DNA of 64,000 nt from the NCBI GenBank assembly GCA_965372715.1, contig CBDVDH010000004.1, forward strand, positions 1-64,000, in the 5' to 3' direction. The DNA is from an uncultured bacterium (GTDB lineage Bacteria > B130-G9). Every line of letters starts with the position of its first letter. Position 1 is the first letter of the stretch. Shown piece after piece: positions 1 through 10,081 of the stretch. The position numbers were made by a program, and so were the translations under genes. The notes beneath the pieces are model-generated. The model did not search any database. It was not told the origin of the DNA and worked only from the letters and a program-made list of their open reading frames with translations.

Positions 1-26
1 TTCGGACGTTCGATCACATCAGAGAA

Positions 27-50
27 GGGCGGGGCAAGCACCGCCCCTAC
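27..50 (-). repeat. GTAG-type REP-like palindrome
   Basis: gggcggggcaagcaccgcccctac; the reverse complement starts GTAGGGGCG and closes a GGGCG...CGCCC stem, as in the other copies in the window. Confidence 0.7.
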
Positions 51-78
51 GTAACATTAATGTAGGCCGGATCCTACA

Positions 79-1626
79 ATGCGACCTATGCGACTAAGGG
101 TTAGTTATTGGCGGAAGGCCGCGATCGCCGCAGCGGGCGGCGTCCTGCTCGCCTTGGCGTTCCCGCGATTCGAGCTTTTTTATCTCGTCTTCGTAGCGCT
201 CGTTCCGCTGTTCTTCGTTCTAAGGAGCGAGAAGGGCCTCAGAGCGTTCAGTCTGGGCTTCATAACAGGCTTTGTCTTCTACCTTATCTCGCTGTTTTGG
301 ATAACTGAGGCGCTGAGCAACTACAGCGCCCTGGGCTTCTTCTCGAGCGTGCTCATCCTGCTGTTGCTCGTGGCCTACCTGTCCGCGCTCGTTGGGGTTT
401 TTGCCAACGTCGTCTCGTTTTGTCGTCTGGACGGCTGGGGCGCCATTCTTGTCCCGATGTTTTGGGTCGCAATCGAGTTCACGAAGGCGAAGGTCTTGAG
501 CGGGTTCCCCTGGAACGAACTGAGCTGGGCGCTCTATCGGCAGACAACGCTCATCCAGATAGCGGACGCCCTGGGCAGCTATGGGGTCTCTTTTGGGATT
601 GTCCTGGTCAACTGGCTCGTTTTCCTTCTTCTGGCAAGGCTCGTCAGACAGCGCGTGGAGCTTGGATGGGGAAGGATTCTCGCCGCGATAGCTCTTGTTC
701 TCGTTTTCGCCTGGGGCTACGGCAGCGGCAGGCTTTCGACGTTCCCGCCATCCTCAGCGTCGATCAAGGTGGGGATCATCCAACCGAACATCCCGCAGGC
801 AATGAAGCTGAGCGGGCGATTCATGCAACAAATGCTCGAAACATACGCGCAGCAGGCCGGCGAGCTTCAGGCCAAGGGCGTCGATGCGGTGGTTCTACCG
901 GAAGCTGCGATCAACCACGCCTACAATGTGCGTCCGACCTCTCAATCGTGGGTCAAAAGGACGTTCAGCGACAATGGATGCACCGTCCTATTTGGCGCGT
1001 TGGCGAGTCAAGACGGCCGGTTCATGAATTCCGCGTATGTGGTGGACCCTGAGAGCCGGACGCACAGATACGACAAGGTCCACCTCGTGCCGTTCGGCGA
1101 ATACGTCCCGCTTTCTTGGCTCTTAACCTTTGTTGAGGCGATAGCCGGTCACCAGGGCTCGCTGACCAAGGGGCCAACCCACTCCATTCTTCCGCTGGGC
1201 GACCTTTCCATTGGGGTGCCGATCTGCTACGAGATCGTGTTTCCCGAGATCTCCAGGGAGTTCGTGAAGAACGGTGCCGAGCTAATCTGCACGCTCTCAA
1301 ACGACGCGTGGTTCGGTAGGACGTCCGGTCCTTATCAGCACTTCGCGGCCACAGTCTTTCGGGCCATCGAAAACCGAGTCCCGGTCCTTCGGTGCGCGAA
1401 CTCCGGCGTATCCGGCCTCGTCGATGCCACCGGCAGAATCAGGCTTGAGACACCCATCTTTGTCAGGCGAACCGATGTGGTCGAAGTGCAGATCGCGAAA
1501 CAGACGAGCGTGTTTAGGGAAGTTGGGGAGCTCTTTGCGTATCTTTGCCTCGCCGGCTCAATACTGGTTGGCGTAAATGGCGCCTGCAGACTTCGCCATA
1601 GTAAGTCGCAGAGCTACGTCGGCTGA
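79..1626 (+). CDS. lnt: apolipoprotein N-acyltransferase
   Basis: Multi-TM N-terminus, GFPW, QPNIPQ, LPEAA, YDKVHLVPFGEY, ICYEIVF and SNDAWFG (nitrilase E-K-C triad). Confidence 0.95.
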   Translation: MRPMRLRVSYWRKAAIAAAGGVLLALAFPRFELFYLVFVALVPLFFVLRSEKGLRAFSLGFITGFVFYLISLFWITEALSNYSALGFFSSVLILLLLVAYLSALVGVFANVVSFCRLDGWGAILVPMFWVAIEFTKAKVLSGFPWNELSWALYRQTTLIQIADALGSYGVSFGIVLVNWLVFLLLARLVRQRVELGWGRILAAIALVLVFAWGYGSGRLSTFPPSSASIKVGIIQPNIPQAMKLSGRFMQQMLETYAQQAGELQAKGVDAVVLPEAAINHAYNVRPTSQSWVKRTFSDNGCTVLFGALASQDGRFMNSAYVVDPESRTHRYDKVHLVPFGEYVPLSWLLTFVEAIAGHQGSLTKGPTHSILPLGDLSIGVPICYEIVFPEISREFVKNGAELICTLSNDAWFGRTSGPYQHFAATVFRAIENRVPVLRCANSGVSGLVDATGRIRLETPIFVRRTDVVEVQIAKQTSVFREVGELFAYLCLAGSILVGVNGACRLRHSKSQSYVG

Positions 1627-1639
1627 AACCGAATCGGAC

Positions 1640-1909
1640 CTACTTCGAGGCGGCGCCTCGGTCTTCGTGTTTTCGGCTTTGTGGCCTGAAAAGGTCCTTG
1701 ATCGGCACGGTCGGGGACATCGAGGCGATGGCGTGTTTGAAGATCATCTGCTGCTCGTTGTCGCCGTTCAGAATGATCGTGAACTTATCAAAACCCTGGA
1801 TGCAGCCTGAGAGCCGGTCCCCGTTGACCAAGAGAACCGTTACGGGGATACTCCGGATCCTTGCCAGATTCAGAAAAGCGTCCTGTATATTGATTGAAGG
1901 ATTTGTCAT
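1640..1909 (-). CDS. hfq: RNA chaperone Hfq
   Basis: NIQDAFLN, LVNG, FDKFTI and QMIFKHAI Sm motifs; lies directly downstream of miaA, the conserved order. Confidence 0.95.
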   Translation of the reverse strand: MTNPSINIQDAFLNLARIRSIPVTVLLVNGDRLSGCIQGFDKFTIILNGDNEQQMIFKHAIASMSPTVPIKDLFRPQSRKHEDRGAASK

Positions 1910-1985
1910 CCAGAATGGAGCCTCTTATCACCTCGATGTTATGGACTGCAAACTGCCCATTGAGCGCACATGATGCTACAATAGC

Positions 1986-2963
1986 TCACGCGAATCCCGG
2001 TTGCAAGACTTTTTTGCACCGCTCAACTACCTTGCCGACGTTTGATTCGGCATTCTGCGCGCTCAGGAACTCAAATCCCCAGTCCTGTTTCAACCATAAC
2101 GTCTGCTTCTTGGCGTAACGCCTCGTCTGGGCTTTAGTGGCCTGTACAGCCTGGCCCAGAGTCAGCACACCGTTAATGAAGTCCGCTGCGTGGCGATAGC
2201 CGAGGCTTGAAAACGAGTTGAGTGAGGGCTCGTATCCCGCATCAAGCAGTCCCTGAACTTCCCTAACGAATCCATTCGCAAACATATCATCAACCCTGGC
2301 GTCTATGACAGCATTCAACGCGTCTCTCTCCATCGTGAGCGCGAAAATAGTGGGTGAAAACAGCCCTTCGTTGGGCGATGGCTGCTGCATCCTGAGCTCG
2401 GACACCGTCCGCCCGGTCGTCTCGCATATCTCAAGCGCCCTGATGAGCCTAACGTGATCGTTCGGATGGATGGCGCTTGCGGTCTCCGGGTCAAGCTCCG
2501 TCAGCCTCTTGTGAAGGCTCCCACCTCCAAGACGCTGCGCCTCGTCCCTCAACCTTGCCCTAATGTCATCAGACCGCGATGGCGCGTCAAAAAAGCCCCA
2601 CAGCAGAGCCTTCAGGTAAAGGAACGTCCCTCCGACGACGAGCGGCGCAGCGCCCCTCTCGTGAATCCTCTTGATGATTGGTATCGCCTCTTCGGCGAAG
2701 TCAGCCGCGCTGAAGACCTCGTCCGGGTCGAGAATGTCAATGAGATGATGCGGAGCAATCCGTTGCTGGTCAGGGGTGGGTTTCCCGGTACCGATGTCCA
2801 TCCTGCGGTATATCTGCCTCGAATCCGCGCTTATGATCTCCACCGGGACCTGCGTCCCTGCCGCAAGGGCGAGGCGCGTCTTGCCTACCGCAGTTGGGCC
2901 GGCGATGACCACGATCGGTATCTCCGCGGGCTGGTGAGAATGCGACTCTTTCGAGCTGTGCAA
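1986..2963 (-). CDS. miaA: tRNA dimethylallyltransferase
   Basis: GPTAVGKT, DSRQIYRRMDIGTGKP, VGGTFLY, RRYAKKQ. Confidence 0.97.
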   Translation of the reverse strand: MHSSKESHSHQPAEIPIVVIAGPTAVGKTRLALAAGTQVPVEIISADSRQIYRRMDIGTGKPTPDQQRIAPHHLIDILDPDEVFSAADFAEEAIPIIKRIHERGAAPLVVGGTFLYLKALLWGFFDAPSRSDDIRARLRDEAQRLGGGSLHKRLTELDPETASAIHPNDHVRLIRALEICETTGRTVSELRMQQPSPNEGLFSPTIFALTMERDALNAVIDARVDDMFANGFVREVQGLLDAGYEPSLNSFSSLGYRHAADFINGVLTLGQAVQATKAQTRRYAKKQTLWLKQDWGFEFLSAQNAESNVGKVVERCKKVLQPGFA

Positions 2964-2984
2964 CGTTCTCTCTGCCTCCGATAG

Positions 2985-4289
2985 CTAACCAGAACGCTGA
3001 TTGATGCGGTTGTTCCTTTCGCCGGGCGCAGCGACCTTCTCAGTCTTTGCCGAGTTGGCCTCGAGAACTATCCTAACTCGTTTTATCCTCCGTTCGTCCG
3101 AATCGAGAATGATGAATGTCCTGTTGCTGGCGACGATTGCGGCGCCGGGCCGTGGGATGGCGCCGAATTGCTCGATCAGAAGGCCCGCCAGCGTCTCGTA
3201 TCGGCCAGAAGGAAGCGAGATATCGAGCATCGATCTCATTTCTGTTACCCCGATGTAGGCGTCAACATCGATGTAACCCTCCTCGGGATGACGCTCGATA
3301 CGGGGTGAACGGTCAAGCTCGTCGCGAATCTCGCCGAATATCTCCTCAATCAGGTCCTCGAGGGTAACGATCCCGACACAAGCGCCATGTTCGTTGACAA
3401 CCGCCGCCATCTGGACATGCAGGTTCTGCATCTGCTTGAGAACATCTGAACATCTCTGCGCCTCGGCCACGTAGAGCAGCTGGCTCATCTGGTCTACGAC
3501 TGTTCCATCGGCGGCCGCGGCATGAAGAGATGAGATGTGGACGAAACCCGCCGGATTGCTGATCTGCCCAGAATGAACCAATAGCCTCGACAAGCCCCTC
3601 TGAAGCGCCACGGAAATTGCGCGGGGCACACGTGTGTCGGGCGAGACCGAGACCACTTGGCTAATATCGACCATGATATCCTCGACTCTCTTCTCGGAGA
3701 ACCGTATCACACGCGAGATCGCTCTTGGGCCAAGGCGCCGCAGCGAGGAGAGCTCGTCCTGCGCAGGACTGGCTAACAGGTCCCGGCTGATTAGCACGGT
3801 GTCTAAAAGGCCAGCTTGGGACGCCCGTTTCCCGATTATGCGTCGTTGAATAACATTCAGAACCGAAACGATCGGAGAAAGGATAACCTGTGCGAGTCTC
3901 AGCGGCGCAGAAAAGGCTAGTGCAAGCCGATTAGCTCTTTGCTGGAAGGTTATCTTCGGCAAGAGCTCGCCAAAGAAGAAGACCAACGGCCCAAGAACGG
4001 CCGTCACGATGGCGGGCGCGGCCAGACCAAGGTGCTTGCTCACGAAAATCGTCGCTATGACCGAATTGCCGACAACGCAGAGATTCGTGCCTAGAAGCGT
4101 CGTGGCAACCAGTCTGCCCGGGGATGCAAGCATTTTAAGCAGCCTGCTCGCGGCGCGGTCCCCGTTCTTGGCAAGCTGCTGAACTGTAACTTTGTCGCAA
4201 GATATAGCCGCCGCCTCGACGCCGGAAAAGAAGGCCTCGAGCGCGATTAGACAGGCTACTGCGATTAACGGGAGCAGGACCGTCAGCAT
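2985..4289 (-). CDS. CNNM (DUF21)-CBS-CorC/HlyC family membrane protein
   Basis: AFFSGVEAA, LLGTNL, FFGELLPK, VVNEHG..GIVTLEDLIEEIFGEIRDE, YETLAG. Confidence 0.92.
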   Translation of the reverse strand: MLTVLLPLIAVACLIALEAFFSGVEAAAISCDKVTVQQLAKNGDRAASRLLKMLASPGRLVATTLLGTNLCVVGNSVIATIFVSKHLGLAAPAIVTAVLGPLVFFFGELLPKITFQQRANRLALAFSAPLRLAQVILSPIVSVLNVIQRRIIGKRASQAGLLDTVLISRDLLASPAQDELSSLRRLGPRAISRVIRFSEKRVEDIMVDISQVVSVSPDTRVPRAISVALQRGLSRLLVHSGQISNPAGFVHISSLHAAAADGTVVDQMSQLLYVAEAQRCSDVLKQMQNLHVQMAAVVNEHGACVGIVTLEDLIEEIFGEIRDELDRSPRIERHPEEGYIDVDAYIGVTEMRSMLDISLPSGRYETLAGLLIEQFGAIPRPGAAIVASNRTFIILDSDERRIKRVRIVLEANSAKTEKVAAPGERNNRINQRSG

Positions 4290-5593
4290 CAGGTCTCGTC
4301 CCTCTGTTCGGCTTTTGCGGAATCTCGCCCTTCGGCGGATTTGGTTGGTTTTGGCCGACGCCTCCTGACCAGCATTGAAATGACCCTCGACTTCTCCGTT
4401 CTGAGTACCTCAAACACAAGGGGCCCCTCTTCAATCCGCTCGCCCTGCGCTGGGATGCTCCCCAACTTCGTTACGATGAACCCCCCGACCGTGTCATAGT
4501 CCCCATCGGGCAGTTCAAGGCCGACCTCTTCGGCAAACAGGTCGAGCCTCGCGCTGGAAAGCACGCTGAATGTATCAAGCCCGATTCTGGTGATTTCCAG
4601 CACCTCCTCGTCCTTTTCGTCAACGATCTCCCCGACAATCTCCTCCAAGACGTCCTCCAGGGTCACAATCCCCTCTGTCCCGCCATACTCGTCGATAACC
4701 ACCGCCAGGTGAGCTTTCTCTGCCACAAGCAGCGCGAGCAGGTTGTTTGCTTTCTTGGTCTCCGGCACAACCGGCACTTCCCTCACAAACTCCGTGACCC
4801 GAGAGCGTCCTGCGCCGGAATTCGCGGCCTTAATCAGCTCCTTTGCCAGCACCACGCCGAGCACGTTGTCGATTGACTCGGCAAAAACTGGAATCCTTGC
4901 GAAATAGGTCTTGCGCAGCGCGGATACTGCATCAGCGACCGTGGTCTTCTCAGGCATTGCCACAACCTCTGGGCGAGGAGTCATGAGCTCCTTAGCAGTT
5001 ATATGTCGCAGTGCCAGTATCCGCCGCATCATCTGGGCCTCGTCCCGCTTATACAAGCCCTTTGCAAGGCCTGCCTCAATCAGACTCTCAAACTCCTCGT
5101 CTGAAAAGCCCCTCCTCAACTGCGACTTTCTCAATGAGCCAGAAAGCAGCATATTCGTCATGCCCTGAACCAGCTTTCGGACCGGTTTCAGAGCCGTGTA
5201 GATGAACCTGAGAGGATGCACCGCAGCGACCGCGAAATCCTCGGGATAGCGAAGAGCAAGCGATTTAGGTGTGAACTCACCGAACAGGATTAGAAGCCCA
5301 AGCGCAAGGCCAAAGGCGACCGGCGTCCCCTGTTTCTCACCTAGCCTGGGCAGGACGATCGAGGCTATGACGGACGCCAGCGCCACGTTGACGAACTCAT
5401 TGCCGAGCAGAAGCGTCGTCATCAAGCCCCGCGTATCGGACAAGAGCGATTTTATGGCGCCTGAGGCCCTCATGTGCGTGGCCGACGAACGAGCCACGCG
5501 CATCCGAGAAAGAGAGAGCATCGCGGCTTCACTGCCGGAGAAAAAAAACGACAGCAGAAGAAGGAATACTACGGTCAGTACTTGTGCTAACAC
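4289..5593 (-). CDS. CNNM (DUF21)-CBS-CorC/HlyC family membrane protein, second paralog
   Basis: FFSGSEAA, LLGNEFVN, FGEFTPK, MTPR, IDEYGGTEGIVTLEDVLEEIVGEI, YDTVGG; stop overlaps the next start by 1 nt. Confidence 0.93.
   Translation of the reverse strand: MLAQVLTVVFLLLLSFFFSGSEAAMLSLSRMRVARSSATHMRASGAIKSLLSDTRGLMTTLLLGNEFVNVALASVIASIVLPRLGEKQGTPVAFGLALGLLILFGEFTPKSLALRYPEDFAVAAVHPLRFIYTALKPVRKLVQGMTNMLLSGSLRKSQLRRGFSDEEFESLIEAGLAKGLYKRDEAQMMRRILALRHITAKELMTPRPEVVAMPEKTTVADAVSALRKTYFARIPVFAESIDNVLGVVLAKELIKAANSGAGRSRVTEFVREVPVVPETKKANNLLALLVAEKAHLAVVIDEYGGTEGIVTLEDVLEEIVGEIVDEKDEEVLEITRIGLDTFSVLSSARLDLFAEEVGLELPDGDYDTVGGFIVTKLGSIPAQGERIEEGPLVFEVLRTEKSRVISMLVRRRRPKPTKSAEGRDSAKAEQRDET
4312..4339. 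repeat. 28-bp element inside coding sequence (encodes SAEGRDSAK), copy 1
   Basis: cttttgcggaatctcgcccttcggcgga, identical to 6172..6199. Confidence 0.85.
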
Positions 5594-5618
5594 GGCCTCG
5601 CCGAGGTTATGTTCAGTC

Positions 5619-6116
5619 TCAAGTATCCAGTTTCAGCCTCTTGCGCCGCGCCTCCCTCAGTCTCCTATAGCGCGCGATGAACCAGCAGAGGACGAAGTAT
5701 GCGGCGACAGCGGCGACCGTCGCAGTGATGAAGTTGCCGACGAAGTAGGCCTTTGCGGCTTCTCTCGTCCCGCCAAACACATCTTCTAGAGAGAAATGCT
5801 TGAACGCCGAGGCATTGATATTCAAATCATAACCCAGAACCACAGAGCCCACGTAGGTCCCAAACATATATACCGGCGCAAAGGTGAAGGGGTTTGAGAT
5901 GAGTGTCCCGATGAACGCCGCAATCTTGTTCAACCTGAACACAAGGGCACAGAACAGCGCCATCCCTGTCTGTAGGCCGAAGAACGGCGGTGTTACGGGA
6001 GACATCCCCCAGAATATGCCGACTGCAAAAGCCATCGCCGTCCGCTCGGGGCTATCACCGAGATGAAGGAGCTTCAGCAGCGTAACCTTCACCCTGCGCC
6101 AGGAGAGCCTTCTCAT
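5619..6116 (-). CDS. DUF2062 family membrane protein
   Basis: DSPERTAMAFAVGIFWG..P...GLQT, RLNK, ISNPFT pattern. Confidence 0.85.
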   Translation of the reverse strand: MRRLSWRRVKVTLLKLLHLGDSPERTAMAFAVGIFWGMSPVTPPFFGLQTGMALFCALVFRLNKIAAFIGTLISNPFTFAPVYMFGTYVGSVVLGYDLNINASAFKHFSLEDVFGGTREAAKAYFVGNFITATVAAVAAYFVLCWFIARYRRLREARRKRLKLDT

Positions 6117-6118
6117 TG

Positions 6119-7237
6119 TCAGTGCCCATCCGCCCTTCTGGTAAAGTGATCAAACCCGGCGAATCGTTCGCCTTTTGCGGAATCTCGCCCTTCGGCGGAC
6201 TTGAAACGCTCCCCGTTGCCGTCCACGTAAACCACGCCCTTCGATTTTGGGACTACATGGCCGATCCTGCTGATCGGACAAAGCGCATTCTTGTCGAAAA
6301 GCTGATGCAGCCGGGCCTCGTTGTTACGATCAATGGTGAAAAGAAGCTCGTAATCCTCCCCGCCACATATCGCAAACTGTGTTAAGTCAGACTCTTCTGT
6401 CATCGCAATCGCCGGTATCCTATCAAACAGCGGAATACTATCAATCTCAACTAATGCGCCAACGCCGCTCTCGTCGCAAATATGACTCAGGTCCGACCCG
6501 ATCCCATCACTTATGTCGATCATCGAGGTGCATATCCTCGCTTCCGCCAGCAAGAGCGACTCGTCCGCTCTGATCTTGGGCACAAAGAACCGCGCCAAAA
6601 GCTCAACGACCGCCGCGTCATCACCCACAGCTCGCGTCCCGTCGCTGGCGCCTCTGAGAACTGCCTCGGCTCTCGCTACCATCGCTCCATCGATTCGGCC
6701 TTTGAGCAGGCACTTCGCCGCAAGCGCCGCGCCGCCGAGCTCGCCGGTTACGTAAATGCTGTCCCCAACGTTCGCCCCGGCCCTTGTGATAACCGCCTCG
6801 GGTCGGACAACCCCGGTAACAGTCATATCAATGAAGAGGTTTTCCGACCTCGAGATGTTGCCACCGACGATCGACGCGTTAAAGCGATTCGCCTGTTTGA
6901 TCATGCCGTCAAAGAGGTCTTCGACAAAAGCAGGCTCAATTCTCGTTGGAAGGCCGAGGCTTACAAGGCACGTTTGCGGCGCGGCGCCCATGGCGAATAT
7001 GTCGCTGACGCTTGTCAGCAGAGCCTTTTGGCCCAGAAGAAACCCCGTGGCCCACTCGAGGCTGAAATGCACATCCTCAACCAGCGCATCGGTTGAAATG
7101 ACCAGCGCCTCCCCCACAGGATGGGCGATAACGGCGGCGTCGTCGCCGGGCCCCACAATGACATCCTCCGAAGAAACGCCCGGAGCGAGCTTCCGCCTGA
7201 TGAGCGAAATCAGTTCTCTCTCGCTGAGGCGCATCAA
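6119..7237 (-). CDS. thiL: thiamine-monophosphate kinase
   Basis: GPGDDAA, STDALVEDVHF, SDIFAMG, MIDISDG, GGEDYELLFT, C-terminal GFDHF. Confidence 0.95.
   Translation of the reverse strand: MMRLSERELISLIRRKLAPGVSSEDVIVGPGDDAAVIAHPVGEALVISTDALVEDVHFSLEWATGFLLGQKALLTSVSDIFAMGAAPQTCLVSLGLPTRIEPAFVEDLFDGMIKQANRFNASIVGGNISRSENLFIDMTVTGVVRPEAVITRAGANVGDSIYVTGELGGAALAAKCLLKGRIDGAMVARAEAVLRGASDGTRAVGDDAAVVELLARFFVPKIRADESLLLAEARICTSMIDISDGIGSDLSHICDESGVGALVEIDSIPLFDRIPAIAMTEESDLTQFAICGGEDYELLFTIDRNNEARLHQLFDKNALCPISRIGHVVPKSKGVVYVDGNGERFKSAEGRDSAKGERFAGFDHFTRRADGH
6172..6199. repeat. 28-bp element inside coding sequence (encodes SAEGRDSAK), copy 2
   Basis: Identical to 4312..4339. Confidence 0.85.
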
Positions 7238-7389
7238 TCATCTCTCCGACTGAACTCTTGGAACAACTCGCTGGAGCAACTCTATCGCTATGCAAAATAC
7301 CAGCCGCCCGAAAAAAAGCGAACTCTGATCGCTGGCTCGCCCTGAACTGAGCCCGCTTCGAATCCACATGGGCTGAGGGCAAGCCTCCC

Positions 7390-7653
7390 GAGGCTGGGTC
7401 ATAAGTCGATTGGCGAGGATTTCATTGTCGATTCACACAATAAGGATACAGGAAACACGGTCGATTGTCAAGATCAACGCGGCGGTTTTCTTATGCGACG
7501 CGATTGTCGGAATCGGCCTGTAGGGGCGGTGTCTCAGACCCGCCCGCCTAAGTCAATCCAATCGAATACCGCATCCTCGATACGGCAATCAATTAGAACG
7601 GGCGGGTCTGAGACACCGCCCCTACAATCCGCAACGACTTATGTCCCAGCCTC
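7390..7653. mobile_element. MITE-like non-autonomous element with IS1182-like ends and an internal inverted REP pair
   Basis: 19-bp TIR gaggctgggtcataagtcg / cgacttatgtcccagcctc (1 mismatch); tccc direct repeat at 7386-7389 and 7654-7657; REPs at 7520-7545 and 7600-7625. Confidence 0.75.
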
Positions 7654-7842
7654 TCCCGAGGCAGCCTCAGAATCCGGGCAATGGCAAGAGTTCTTCTTTC
7701 GACTTCTTACGGGGATTCGTCGGAGCCTGACGGTTTGCCAAGCTCAAAACACCGATGTAGCATACCTTCAATTATTCTTCGGCTCTGCCGATAAGTAGGA
7801 ATGAGAATATGACGTTGGTTCAATAGAGAGGTCACTTGAGCC

Positions 7843-9156
7843 GTGAGAAAGCCGACCAAGCTGTTCGCCGTTTACTCAGTAGCAGTTTTGTTAGTAGCGT
7901 TTTCGGTGGCGGCGAGTGGCGCCGACGCGGGGAGCGATGTAGCGAGCGAACCCCCATTCCGGCAGGTGGCCATCGAGCTTGTGCTTGCCGACGGCCATCA
8001 GCTGGTCGATCTGAGCGTCCTGACGAGATCGCTCGGTCTTGAAAGAATCTGGAACGCTCTCGGCCGGAAGGTGATTGTTTCCAACAAAGAGAAGTTCCTT
8101 GTGTTGTTTGTCGGGAGCAATCGGGTCGCACTCGAAGGCAAGATCGTCAGGCTCTCCACATCACCTTCCATCGTCAACGGCGCGATACTCGTCCCGGTCG
8201 ATTTTATCACCGAGGCGCTGAATGGCATTATGGATGAGAAGCTGTCTTTCGATGTGGTCGGTGAACAGGTCGTCGTGTTCGACCGGCGCAAGGGCATAAC
8301 GCGACCGATCAAGAGCCGGCCGTCCGCATACCCCGAGGTCGGCTATCTACAGGAAGACCTCGTCCAGGAAGATGAGTCCCCTAATGGAGCGACCGAGGCC
8401 ACCTTGATGAACGGCCCGCCGAACGGCGCCCCGCTCCGTTTCAGGGACGCCGATTTCGACGTAGTCGTCATCGATCCGGGCCACGGCGGAGCGGACACCG
8501 GCTATTCTGGCCCGACAGGGCTTCTGGAGAAGGAGGTTACGATGAAGCTCGCAATGCGGCTCAAAAAGACCCTTGAGAAAAGGATGAGGGTCCGTGTGGT
8601 CTTGACGCGAGATGCGGACGCGCCAATCTCGCTGGAGAGAAGGACTGCGCTTGCCAACAGCGAAAAGGCGGACCTCTTCATCAGTCTTCACGCTTGCGGC
8701 TCACTTGACAGGGACTTGAGCGGCCTCAGAGCGTTCGTCGCAAGCGTCGAGCCGGCGGACGCCGAGACTGCCAAAACTGTCTCGGCGGAGAACAAGGTTA
8801 TAACGCTGGAGCCAGGTAATAAATCGCAGAAGCCTGATGAATATGCCACGATGCTCTGGGACCTTTCCGAGAATGAATACTTCCGCGAGGGGCTCGCGCT
8901 TGCGAGGCATATACTTGCTGCGTGCAAGACAAACGGGGTTCATCTGGCGTCAAACGAGCCAGCCCAGGGGCCGTTCATCGTTCTGATCGGCGCCTCGATG
9001 CCGGCGGTTTTGCTCGAGATCGGCTATCCGACAAATCCAGCCGACGAGCACCTACTCAAGCAAAGCAAATACCTCGACCGACTAGCCGAGGCGATCTATC
9101 GTGGCATCGCTCGGCTCGAGGCGCAAGCGAGCGGGCAAGCCGCAAGCAATGGCTGA
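7843..9156 (+). CDS. N-acetylmuramoyl-L-alanine amidase (Amidase_3) with signal peptide and extra N-terminal domain
   Basis: VVIDPGHGG, EKEV, LTRD, R..LAN..KADLFISLHA, PAVLLEIGY. Confidence 0.92.
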   Translation: MRKPTKLFAVYSVAVLLVAFSVAASGADAGSDVASEPPFRQVAIELVLADGHQLVDLSVLTRSLGLERIWNALGRKVIVSNKEKFLVLFVGSNRVALEGKIVRLSTSPSIVNGAILVPVDFITEALNGIMDEKLSFDVVGEQVVVFDRRKGITRPIKSRPSAYPEVGYLQEDLVQEDESPNGATEATLMNGPPNGAPLRFRDADFDVVVIDPGHGGADTGYSGPTGLLEKEVTMKLAMRLKKTLEKRMRVRVVLTRDADAPISLERRTALANSEKADLFISLHACGSLDRDLSGLRAFVASVEPADAETAKTVSAENKVITLEPGNKSQKPDEYATMLWDLSENEYFREGLALARHILAACKTNGVHLASNEPAQGPFIVLIGASMPAVLLEIGYPTNPADEHLLKQSKYLDRLAEAIYRGIARLEAQASGQAASNG

Positions 9157-9236
9157 TCTTCATTCTGCCGGGCCATTGAAGAAAAAGATGCCCATGAGCG
9201 CCCACTCACAGGACGGTGCTCGGTGGGCGAGATGAT

Positions 9237-10049
9237 ATGAACGCCAACAAGAGCTCTTCTCCGATTGGGGTTTTCGACTCCGGCATTGGCGGGCTGTCTG
9301 TAATCAAGGCGTTGACAGAGCGGCTGCCGAGCGAGAACTACATCTATCTGGGCGATACGGCCCGTGTTCCTTATGGGACGAAGACCAAAAGCACAATCAC
9401 GCGATTCTCATTCCAGAACGCTGAATTCCTGCTTGACAAGGGCGTCAAGATGGTCGTCATCGCGTGCAATTCCGCATCCGCGACGGCGCTCGATGCGCTT
9501 CGTGAGAGCTATGATCTCCCGATAATCGGCGTGATCGAGCCGGGCGCCCAGGCGGCTGTTGCGGCCTCGAAATCGGGCGCAATTGGCGTCATCGGAACCG
9601 AGGCGACGATCAACAGCGGATGTTACGAGCGCGAGATACTCCGGCTGCGTCCCGGCGCGAAGGTGGTGGCAAAGCCGTGCCCGCTATTTGTGCCGCTGGT
9701 AGAGGAGGGCTGGCTGGACGACCCGGTGACGTATCAAGTGGCCGAGCGTTACCTTTCGACGGTCAGGGACGCTGGGGTTGACGTGCTGATTCTGGGCTGC
9801 ACACACTACCCGCTTTTGGCTCCGCTGATTGGCGACATCGTGGGACGAGGAACCACAATCGTAGATTCCGCGTCCAGCGTCACCTCAGCGGTCGCCCGGA
9901 CGCTCAACGAGATAGACCTCACCAACGAAAGCGCCTCGCCCGGCTCCCGCGAGTTCTACGTAACCGACCTCCCCGCAAAGGTCAACCGCATCGGCAAGAT
10001 GTTCCTGGGGATAGACGACCTGAAAATCGAGCTTGCCCAGCTAGGCTGA
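9237..10049 (+). CDS. murI: glutamate racemase
   Basis: FDSGIGGLSV, DTARVPYG, ACNSAS, LGCTHYP; the start could instead be 9216. Confidence 0.97.
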   Translation: MNANKSSSPIGVFDSGIGGLSVIKALTERLPSENYIYLGDTARVPYGTKTKSTITRFSFQNAEFLLDKGVKMVVIACNSASATALDALRESYDLPIIGVIEPGAQAAVAASKSGAIGVIGTEATINSGCYEREILRLRPGAKVVAKPCPLFVPLVEEGWLDDPVTYQVAERYLSTVRDAGVDVLILGCTHYPLLAPLIGDIVGRGTTIVDSASSVTSAVARTLNEIDLTNESASPGSREFYVTDLPAKVNRIGKMFLGIDDLKIELAQLG

Positions 10050-10081
10050 GGCCGGCGGCAACAGCAAATTGCCGGGGCGAA

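Noticed and set aside
2985-5593. Tandem CNNM/hemolysin-like pair as a toxin locus
   Set aside because: These are CBS-domain ion-transport-related proteins, and tandem pairs are common
7240-7390. TPP riboswitch or tRNA upstream of thiL (contains ttcgaatcc)
   Set aside because: No TPP core motifs on the coding strand and no cloverleaf could be built; only a local hairpin
7493-7798. Small ORFs sharing peptides such as QSIRTGGSETPPL (also 50844..51089 and 39902..40342)
   Set aside because: They are translations of REP/MITE DNA, not genes
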